DNA of 64,000 nt. Origin: an uncultured bacterium. GTDB lineage: Bacteria; Krumholzibacteriota; Krumholzibacteriia; Krumholzibacteriales; Krumholzibacteriaceae. The DNA is taken from assembly GCA_965371515.1 (NCBI GenBank), contig CBDUYR010000011.1, positions 1 to 64,000 of the forward strand, given 5' to 3'. Position 1 is the stretch's first letter, and each line of letters begins with the position of its first letter. Under the pieces are notes generated by a model that was given only the letters and a program-made list of their open reading frames with translations, was not told the DNA's origin and did not search any database. This document shows, piece by piece, positions 57,463-64,000 of this stretch. Made by a program: the position numbers and the translations under genes.

Positions 57463-58890
57463 CTACCTCAGAAGAACAAGTTTGTACGTGACCTCAGCCT
57501 TTCCCAGGCGCAGCCTGCAGAAATAGATGCCCGACGGCTGAGCGGACTTCCTGTCATCGAGGCCGTTCCAGACTACACTGTAGTCGCCGGCTTCAATGTC
57601 GCGATCCACGAGGCGCCTTACGAGCTTCCCGTTGACGTCATAGATGGAGATCAGGACCCGTCCCTGCGAGGGCAGCGTGTATTCTATCACCGTAGATGGA
57701 TTGAACGGGTTGGGATGATTGGACAGTGTCAGCGGAACGGACGGGACATCCACAGGTTCCGTCTCGAACAGGATACGTTCACCTTCCCGGTCCACGACAA
57801 GGATCCTGTATACGTAAGTGCTGCCAGGCACAACATCCTCGTCGGTGAACAGATATTCCTCACCACCGAGAGCTTCCGGGCTGGCCTGAAGACTGGCGAA
57901 ATCCGCATCGTTTCTCGACCGCTCAACCGAGAATGAGAGCCACTCATCCCTGGTCGAAAGGGACCAATGGACCTCGATGCGTCCGCCGTCTAAGGCAGCC
58001 GAAAATTCCCCGAGAAGTGTGGCGACAGGCTCGAACCGCTCTATTGTCACGTACCGCTGCCCGCCCCTGCCTGGGCAGCCGGCCATGAATCCGTCGAGGC
58101 TGAGGACGTAATCAATCGCATCGTCGAGAGGCGCTTCCAGTGTAAGGACAGCGACGGCGCTGTCACACGGCATGTTGCAGTACTGGCAGGCGGAAAGATC
58201 GAGTTCCTCCGAGATAACCTCCAGCGTATCCGCGTCCGGGGGAAATATCAGTCTCTCGACGAGACGGAAATGCGGATACTCCGCGCCGCATATACTCAAT
58301 CGCCCGGGGTATTCCTCAAAGACCACGCGTATACGGTCGGGCGCCGTCTGCTGGCAGCGTCTGACGACCGGCGGCCTGTAGTTGGGCCAGTCGCTGTTGT
58401 CATTGAAGTCAAACAGCATCCAGGGCTGGAGAGGATTTGTCTGATCACCACATGTAACAACTGTCAGGTCCCCGTATAAGATCGCCGCTACGGAGATACT
58501 GGCAGGATCCAATGTATTGTTGAACCAGTAGGCCCGGCATACGAGAAAAGGGTCCGTCATACAGGGATCGACAAGGATCTCGGCCCCACCACCTCCCGGA
58601 TCAGCCGAATAGACTGGTATGATCCCGGGAGCCCATTCGACTCCGAGAGAATAAAGATCACCTGTGCTGGGCGAAAGCCTGAACGACGCTTCTTTCACTC
58701 CGTCCTGGTCCGGGACGATCCATACCCAGACCGAGAAAAAATCATAGCCCTCTGTCCAGAACTGGTGCCCGCAATACATGCCCGCACCGCTCGAAAGATA
58801 CATGTATGAGTCACAGGCGGCCCTTGCTGGAAGTATGAGTAGAGAAAGGAAAACAAGGATTGATACGGCAGAAAAAAATCGAGAATACAT
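57463..58890 (-). CDS. Exported protein with C-terminal FlgD-Ig / T9SS-like domain
   Basis: Signal peptide; PVATLLGEFSA linker; NHPNPFNPSTVIEY..IYDVNGKLVRRL..WNG..SGIYFCRL..KLVLLR. Confidence 0.85.
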   Translation of the reverse strand: MYSRFFSAVSILVFLSLLILPARAACDSYMYLSSGAGMYCGHQFWTEGYDFFSVWVWIVPDQDGVKEASFRLSPSTGDLYSLGVEWAPGIIPVYSADPGGGGAEILVDPCMTDPFLVCRAYWFNNTLDPASISVAAILYGDLTVVTCGDQTNPLQPWMLFDFNDNSDWPNYRPPVVRRCQQTAPDRIRVVFEEYPGRLSICGAEYPHFRLVERLIFPPDADTLEVISEELDLSACQYCNMPCDSAVAVLTLEAPLDDAIDYVLSLDGFMAGCPGRGGQRYVTIERFEPVATLLGEFSAALDGGRIEVHWSLSTRDEWLSFSVERSRNDADFASLQASPEALGGEEYLFTDEDVVPGSTYVYRILVVDREGERILFETEPVDVPSVPLTLSNHPNPFNPSTVIEYTLPSQGRVLISIYDVNGKLVRRLVDRDIEAGDYSVVWNGLDDRKSAQPSGIYFCRLRLGKAEVTYKLVLLR

Positions 58891-59072
58891 GATATCCCCC
58901 TTTTGCCAGAAGTGTATCACAGGAAGAGAAGATTTTCAATTTAAATGCCAAAACCGGCAGGCCCTTGATAATAACGATTCCGGATGGAAAATCCCCTGCT
59001 TGACCAGCGCCGGCAGGTACGATAACCTACCTCTAGCACCGCTATCCGACAATCAAAGACAAGGAGAACATC

Positions 59073-59864
59073 ATGCAGTGGGGATTGAAAAACAGGCTGT
59101 CGAGGATATTCAACCCGAAAACGGGCCGCACCGTGATGCTGGCCGTCGACCACGGCTACTTCCTCGGGCCCACGAGAAAACTCGAGGACCCGCGCGAGAC
59201 GATAACGCCCCTGCTCCCCTACGCGGACGCGCTGATGGTCACAAGAGGCGTCCTTCGCAACTGCGTCGATCCCGAGGGGGCAATACCGACCGTTCTGAGG
59301 GTGTCGGGCGGCGCAAGCATCATCGGTCCTTCGCTCGCCGCCGAGGGGCTGACCACCTCGGTCGAGGACGCGATAAGACTCAACGTCTCCGCTATAACGA
59401 TGTCGATATTCGTCGGCACCGAACATGAGCGCGAGACGCTGCTGAACCTGGCCAAGCTCGTCGACGAGGGAGAGAAGTACGGCATCCCCGTGCTGGCCGT
59501 CACGGCCGTCGGCAAGAAGCTCGAGAAGAGGGACGCGAGGTTCCTCTCCCTCTGCTGCCGCATCGCCGCCGAGATCGGTGCCCATTACGTAAAGACATAC
59601 TACTGCGACGATTTCGAGAAGGTCGTCGAGAGCTGCCCCGTGCCGATAGTCATAGCCGGCGGCCCGCAGCTCGACACCTTCAAGGATACGCTTCAGCTCG
59701 CCCACGACGCGATCTCGAAGGGCGCGCGCGGCGTTGACATGGGGCGCAACATCTGGCAGGCCGATCATCCCGTAGCGGCACTTCGAGCGGTGCGCGGTGT
59801 GGTCCAGGAGAATATGAAGGTCAGCGAAGCCTTCGAGCTCTTCGAGAGCCTCTCGAAGGGATAA
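59073..59864 (+). CDS. lsrF: LsrF-type class I aldolase/thiolase
   Basis: MQWGLKNRLSRIF, LAVDHGYFLGPT, VKTYY, IAGGP and GVDMGRNIWQ. Confidence 0.88.
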   Translation: MQWGLKNRLSRIFNPKTGRTVMLAVDHGYFLGPTRKLEDPRETITPLLPYADALMVTRGVLRNCVDPEGAIPTVLRVSGGASIIGPSLAAEGLTTSVEDAIRLNVSAITMSIFVGTEHERETLLNLAKLVDEGEKYGIPVLAVTAVGKKLEKRDARFLSLCCRIAAEIGAHYVKTYYCDDFEKVVESCPVPIVIAGGPQLDTFKDTLQLAHDAISKGARGVDMGRNIWQADHPVAALRAVRGVVQENMKVSEAFELFESLSKG

Positions 59865-59883
59865 GCCGGACTTGACGATCCTT

Positions 59884-60909
59884 ATGAAGGCAGCCGTCTA
59901 CTATACCAACGACGACATCCGCATCGAGGAGATGCCCGTGCCGGAGATCGGCCCTGGCGAGATCCTCGTCCGCATCGAGTCGAGCGGTATCTGCGGCAGC
60001 GACGTGATGGAATGGTACCGCGTGAAGAAGGCGCCGCTCGTGCTCGGCCACGAGATCGCCGGCACGGTGGAGAAGGTCGGCGCCGAAGCAGGCCGGTTCA
60101 CGCCCGGCGACAGGGTGTCGGTCGCCCATCACGTGCCCTGCGAACAGTGCCGATACTGCATCAAGGGCCAGTATTCCCTCTGCGAAACGCTGCGCACTAC
60201 GAACTTCGATCCGGGCGGATTCGCCGAGTTCGTCCGAGTGCCGGAGATCAACGTCGAGAAGGGAACGTTCCCCATCCCTGACGGCCTCTCGTTCGACGCC
60301 GCCGCGTTCATCGAGCCTCTCGCCTGCGTCGTCCGCGGCCTGAACCAGACGCGGTTCACAGAGGGCGACGACGTCCTCGTGCTCGGCAGCGGCATATCGG
60401 GGCTTCTCTTCATCAAGCTCCTCAGGACGAAGGGCGCGGGAAGGATCGTCACCACCGACATCGATCCGGCGAGGCTCGAGGCGGCGATACGGATGGGAGC
60501 AGACGAGGCCCTCGACGCAAAGAAGGCAACGCCGGAAAGGCTTAAGGAACTCAACGACGGGCGCCTCTTCGACCTGGCGGTGACATGCGCCGGGGTCGAA
60601 CCGGTGGTCCTGCAGGCCCTCCGGTCTGTCGATCGCGGCGGCACGGTCCTGCTCTTCGCACCTCTGGCGCCGGGGGTTGAGATCACGATCCCATTTTTCG
60701 ACGTATGGCGAGACCAGCTGACGATCGTCTCCACTTACGCCGGGCCTCCCGCAGACTCGCGCGAGGCGATCGACCTGCTCGCCTCGGGAGAGATCGAGGT
60801 CGATGACATGATCACTCACCGCCTTCCCCTCGACAGGACCGCCGAGGGGTTCAAGCTTGTCGCGCAGGGCGCCGAATCGATAAAGGTGATAATAAGGCCC
60901 AGGGAATGA
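59884..60909 (+). CDS. Zinc-dependent (MDR) dehydrogenase, sorbitol/threonine DH-like
   Basis: GICGSD, GHE, CEQCRYC..C, EPLAC and GSGISG. Confidence 0.92.
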   Translation: MKAAVYYTNDDIRIEEMPVPEIGPGEILVRIESSGICGSDVMEWYRVKKAPLVLGHEIAGTVEKVGAEAGRFTPGDRVSVAHHVPCEQCRYCIKGQYSLCETLRTTNFDPGGFAEFVRVPEINVEKGTFPIPDGLSFDAAAFIEPLACVVRGLNQTRFTEGDDVLVLGSGISGLLFIKLLRTKGAGRIVTTDIDPARLEAAIRMGADEALDAKKATPERLKELNDGRLFDLAVTCAGVEPVVLQALRSVDRGGTVLLFAPLAPGVEITIPFFDVWRDQLTIVSTYAGPPADSREAIDLLASGEIEVDDMITHRLPLDRTAEGFKLVAQGAESIKVIIRPRE

Positions 60910-60916
60910 ACGGAGG

Positions 60917-61471
60917 TTGACGATCATGCCCGTATGGAAGACCTCGACAGGTAAAACCGCGGTGGTAGTATTCGCCGTACTGCTGGCTCTCTTCACGGCC
61001 TGCGGCGGAAGCGGGGAAAACGGCACCGATGACGTTATCAAAAAGCTCCCCGTCAACTCTTCCTCCGAAGTGATCGCGAGAAAGAACATATCCACCGACA
61101 AGAATATCTCACACGACGGGAATGGATCCATCAGGATAGACGTATCGGGAACGCAGACACTGCCGCTCTACAGGCTCGGAAACATCGATCTGGATGAGGC
61201 GTTCCTCGTCTACCGGGCGGCCCTGCGCACCGAGAACCTGGAGGGTGAGACATTCCTCGAGATGAAATGCTTTTTTCAGGGGAAGGGCGAGTTCTTTTCG
61301 CGGAACCACCAGTCCGCACTGTCAGGGACGAACGACTGGACGGTCAGGAGCACACCGTTCAAACTTCTCGCCGGACAGAATCCCGACGTGGTCGAGTTGA
61401 ATATCTACGTCAGCGGCCGCGGAACGGTCTGGATCGACGAGATAAAGCTGCTCAAACGCCCGCTGAATTGA
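60917..61471 (+). CDS. Hypothetical lipoprotein (jelly-roll/CBM-like)
   Basis: Lipobox FTAC; SGTNDW and GTVWIDEIKL motifs. Confidence 0.7.
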   Translation: MTIMPVWKTSTGKTAVVVFAVLLALFTACGGSGENGTDDVIKKLPVNSSSEVIARKNISTDKNISHDGNGSIRIDVSGTQTLPLYRLGNIDLDEAFLVYRAALRTENLEGETFLEMKCFFQGKGEFFSRNHQSALSGTNDWTVRSTPFKLLAGQNPDVVELNIYVSGRGTVWIDEIKLLKRPLN

Positions 61472-61558
61472 TCACTCCCCCAAGTCCGCGTATATCACTC
61501 CCAGCGCCGGGATTGCGGCAATATAATGTTATATGTAGTGGCCGCTCACAGTAAATTC

Positions 61559-61567
61559 TGCTATAAT
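61559..61567 (+). promoter_or_regulatory. Extended -10 element
   Basis: TGCTATAAT upstream of GGAGG and ATG 61594. Confidence 0.45.
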
Positions 61568-61593
61568 TATAATACGAGGGGGGAGGTTCTCTT

Positions 61594-62178
61594 ATGTGCA
61601 AAATTCCGATACAGCTTGTCCTTGTTGTACTTTTATCATTTTCTTCCATAGCATCAGAAGCGACCGAAGTACAACTACCCGATTTATTAGGAAATTATTC
61701 TAGTACTTCAGGTAGCCGCTCATGTGATTTTATATTGGATACAGCTCCAATAGAGGTATATGACGTCTGGATTCATTTCTCTGGCTCAGCGATTGTTGGT
61801 GAAGAATATTGTTTGTATGGAGACCTGGAAGGACCTTTTCCACTCCCTATGAATTATTCAATATTATTGAAAGATCCTATTAGTGGTGACGTTTTATTTT
61901 GGGCGTCCTGTAGCGGAGAGGAAAATTCCGGGCCATTTGAATACACACTACTGTTTGAGCCTTGGCCTTTTGCGGACCCGGAACCAACTTGGGAATTTAT
62001 TATATCGAATGGTGGCACTGTACTTTTAGAGGCAGGTCCCAGGCTCATATATCCCGAGTGTTGGTATGAAGTATATCCGAGCGCAACAATTGAAGAAGCC
62101 ACTCTCATGATTGATGGAAATTTTTCCATAGCATTAGAAACACATACATGGGGAAGTATCAAATCTCTATTCAAATAG
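61594..62178 (+). CDS. Exported hypothetical protein with C-terminal TWGSIKSLFK motif (putative cassette gene)
   Basis: Signal peptide, strong SD, AT-rich codons, terminal TWGxIK motif. Confidence 0.75.
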   Translation: MCKIPIQLVLVVLLSFSSIASEATEVQLPDLLGNYSSTSGSRSCDFILDTAPIEVYDVWIHFSGSAIVGEEYCLYGDLEGPFPLPMNYSILLKDPISGDVLFWASCSGEENSGPFEYTLLFEPWPFADPEPTWEFIISNGGTVLLEAGPRLIYPECWYEVYPSATIEEATLMIDGNFSIALETHTWGSIKSLFK

Positions 62179-62199
62179 CCAAAAGAGCAGCCACTGCAT

Positions 62200-62473
62200 A
62201 GAACATACACTCGGCAGCTACGACGATGTCATCTCGGTATTGTTCGATAGCTTTGAGAAAACTCTCAGGCCCTGCGCTCATGTTGCGGTGGACAAGGATC
62301 TCTCCGTGGCTGTCCAGGATACAGACGTATATGGATCTGGCGTGAAGATCGATACCGCAATAGAATTTATGCTCTTGCGTATAGAACCTCATTGAGGTCT
62401 CCTTTCTGGAAGAGGTTGGATTCTCCAGTATACTCTCAGCTCATTGCTGAGAGGGAGGCCTCAATGAGTATCA
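62200..62473 (-). mobile_element. IS110/IS1111-family remnant: left end plus truncated DEDD transposase (ORF 62171-62392)
   Basis: MRFYTQEHKFYCGIDLHARSIYVCILD..VAAECMF is the RuvC-like N-terminus, and it breaks off near 62200. A 15-bp imperfect IR pairs 62388-62402 with 62454-62468. Confidence 0.85.
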
Positions 62474-62523
62474 GAGTGTTTGCGGCTGCGGGCCCGAGGG
62501 CCCTTCGCTCAGACTGTTATATG
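62472..62523 (+). other. attC-like site (central and right part), interrupted by the IS
   Basis: CAGAGTGTTTGCGGCTGC-GGGCCCGAGGGCCC-TTCGCTCAGACT-GTTATATG has a central hairpin and ends in a GTT core. Confidence 0.55.
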
Positions 62524-62553
62524 AAAAACGCGATAAAAACCGTAAATGACGTC

Positions 62554-62582
62554 TTGACGTTATATAGTTATGTTGCTATATT
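62554..62582 (+). promoter_or_regulatory. Sigma70 promoter of the TA operon (probably leaderless)
   Basis: TTGACG-N17-TATATT, with the ATG 7 nt downstream and no clear SD. Confidence 0.65.
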
Positions 62583-62588
62583 TTAGGC

Positions 62589-62822
62589 ATGAGAAACCAA
62601 AACAAAAGAGCGACGGTCTATTTTGATCCCAAACTTCATCTAGCCCTGAGACTAAAAGCTGCCGAGACAGACCGGTCTGTCTCAGAACTGGTGAATGAGG
62701 CGGTCAAACTGTCCCTCGCGGAAGATGCGGACGATCTCGCGGCGTTCAAGGAACGGGCATCCGAACCGGAAATGCTTTTCGAGGACTTGGTCAAGGATCT
62801 GAGAAGTAGTGGCAAAATATAA
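62589..62822 (+). CDS. CopG/RHH family antitoxin
   Basis: RATVYFD..LH.ALRLKAA...SVSELVNEAV RHH and an acidic C-terminus; overlaps the toxin gene. Confidence 0.85.
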   Translation: MRNQNKRATVYFDPKLHLALRLKAAETDRSVSELVNEAVKLSLAEDADDLAAFKERASEPEMLFEDLVKDLRSSGKI

Positions 62823-63072
62823 AATTCTGGTCAAGGCATCCGCAGCGAAGGAAATCCAGAACATTACTACTCGCAAAGATCGACGCAGGGTGGTGGAGAA
62901 GATTCGCAGGCTGGCGGATGATCCACGCCCTGGCGGCTGTGAGAAGCTTTCCGGGCAAGATCGTTATAGAGTGCGCCAGGGAAACTTTCGTATCATATAC
63001 TCTATTAATGATGATCGTTTGGTCATTCATGTGGTCAAAGTCGGAGATCGAAAAGATGTGTATCGTATATGA
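62809..63072 (+). CDS. RelE/ParE family toxin
   Basis: LADDPRPGGCEKLSG..YRVRQGNFRIIYSI..VVKVGDRKDVYR. Confidence 0.92.
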   Translation: MAKYKILVKASAAKEIQNITTRKDRRRVVEKIRRLADDPRPGGCEKLSGQDRYRVRQGNFRIIYSINDDRLVIHVVKVGDRKDVYRI

Positions 63073-63500
63073 ACAAACTTGATATTTACTTGAATGAAGA
63101 GTTATACGCTGATTGGAAGCCTGAGCAAATTCTGACAATAGGATTTAGAATTGATGGGAAAGAACTTGTCGATTGGGCTTTTGATGCGGGGATTGAATAT
63201 CCTCCAAGGGGAAGGGCTTTTGCCTCGGATTTACTGCCTCCCAATCTAGATTTGCTTGGTGAACCTCATTTTGATTTGTTTAGTGATTGTGGGACAGTAT
63301 TGCTGATATGTCGTTGTAGAGAAATCGGATGCCACCCTCTAGTGGCAAAAATCACTCTATCCGACTTAACTGTCACTTGGAATGATTTCTCAGATCCGCC
63401 GATGGAAACACTTTTTCCATCACTTGGTCCATTTGTATTTGATCGTATTGAATACATGAATAGTATACGTAAGCTCTGTCCTGACTGGGATCCACAATAG
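63069..63500 (+). CDS. Hypothetical protein (CxCxxxxC motif), AT-rich
   Basis: ATGA overlap with the toxin gene; LLICRCREIGCHPL..V.W.DF..GPFVFDR. Confidence 0.7.
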   Translation: MNKLDIYLNEELYADWKPEQILTIGFRIDGKELVDWAFDAGIEYPPRGRAFASDLLPPNLDLLGEPHFDLFSDCGTVLLICRCREIGCHPLVAKITLSDLTVTWNDFSDPPMETLFPSLGPFVFDRIEYMNSIRKLCPDWDPQ

Positions 63501-63507
63501 CGGACAG

Positions 63508-63530
63508 CACATAACAGAGTTCTCGCGGCT
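63508..63530 (+). other. attC-like left end, truncated
   Basis: CACATAAC (7/8 complementary to GTTATATG) starts 8 nt after the stop. It continues as CAGAGTTCTCGCGGCT, 13/16 identical to the start of the 62472 site. Confidence 0.5.
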
Positions 63531-63674
63531 CCATCTGAATATCTTCCCATCCTCCGGTGTATCGGTAAATGAAGACGGCCGAAACAATCACGGCCGCGTA
63601 ACGTATAAATTACCGGGACCCCACACACTCCCGATTTCGGCCCGGCATGGCGGGCGGGCGGTGATGGAGGGATG

Positions 63675-63718
63675 CGGGGCGGCGCGGCCATGACCTATGG
63701 AGCCGCCCCGGGTTTTTT
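63675..63718 (+). terminator. Putative intrinsic terminator
   Basis: CGGGGCGGC...GCCGCCCCG stem followed by GGTTTTTT. Confidence 0.5.
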
Positions 63719-63751
63719 CAGATCAGACGCCTGTAAAGGATGGTAGGAACG

Positions 63752-63943
63752 ATGTTTAGTTTTCTGCTCTGGTGCATACTGCTTGTACTCTGCTGGCCGC
63801 TGGCGCTGATCATCGCGGTGATGATACCGCTGATATGGCTGATCGTGCTGCCTTTCAGGATCGCGGCTGCGGTGATCGGAGCGATGCTGTCTCTGGTGTT
63901 CGGGATACTGAGCTTCCCGTTCAGGTTGATGGCAAAGTGCTGA
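63752..63943 (+). CDS. Small hydrophobic membrane protein
   Basis: LLWCILLVLCWPLAL..LPFRI..FPFRL, a repeated TM pattern. Confidence 0.65.
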   Translation: MFSFLLWCILLVLCWPLALIIAVMIPLIWLIVLPFRIAAAVIGAMLSLVFGILSFPFRLMAKC

Positions 63944-64000
63944 AAGGCGGCCCGGAGCTCGTCCGGACCGCCAAGCCTGCTGTTTATCCTATCCCTTTAC

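Noticed and set aside
59073..60909. AI-2 (lsr) quorum-sensing locus
   Set aside because: Only an LsrF-like gene and a Zn dehydrogenase are present, with no lsrK, lsrR, lsrACDB or lsrG.

Overview
High-GC bacterial chromosome segment. The exported-protein C-terminal motifs suggest an FCB-group anaerobe such as Ca. Krumholzibacteriota; this is inference only. Left to right: (1) a chemotaxis operon (cheR-mcp-cheW-cheD-cheB-cheA, cheA cut by the window edge) behind a sigma54-type promoter; (2) a co-oriented tryptophan cluster of tRNA-Trp(CCA) with an atypical A73 discriminator, an Fe-S-type TrpRS, a translationally coupled tryptophanase and then a GAF-PAS kinase; (3) pepD and yjbQ; (4) addB-addA overlapping a NarL-type two-component pair; (5) a membrane-anchored papain-like protease; (6) a run of CoA-transferase-GNAT fusion, AcuC deacylase and butyrate kinase-phosphotransbutyrylase fusion; (7) a radical SAM gene, a 14-repeat propeller lipoprotein and an S9 peptidase; (8) a lower-GC GT-C-like gene frameshifted by a 13-bp duplication, and a pseudo-histidine kinase; (9) a PerR/Fur-led redox operon with a half-ferritin-PP2C phosphatase fusion and a rubredoxin missed by the ORF track; (10) nikR-abgT-GT4; (11) an exported MEMO1-like protein; (12) lsrF plus a Zn dehydrogenase; (13) a lower-GC remnant resembling an integron cassette array, with attC-like sites, an IS110/IS1111 fragment and a RelE-type toxin-antitoxin pair. 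No rRNA, CRISPR array or integrase was seen. The best candidates for undescribed systems are the tRNA-Trp/TrpRS/tryptophanase cluster, the acylation writer/eraser plus Buk-Ptb run, and the ferritin-PP2C fusion. All calls come from motif recognition by eye, without database searches.
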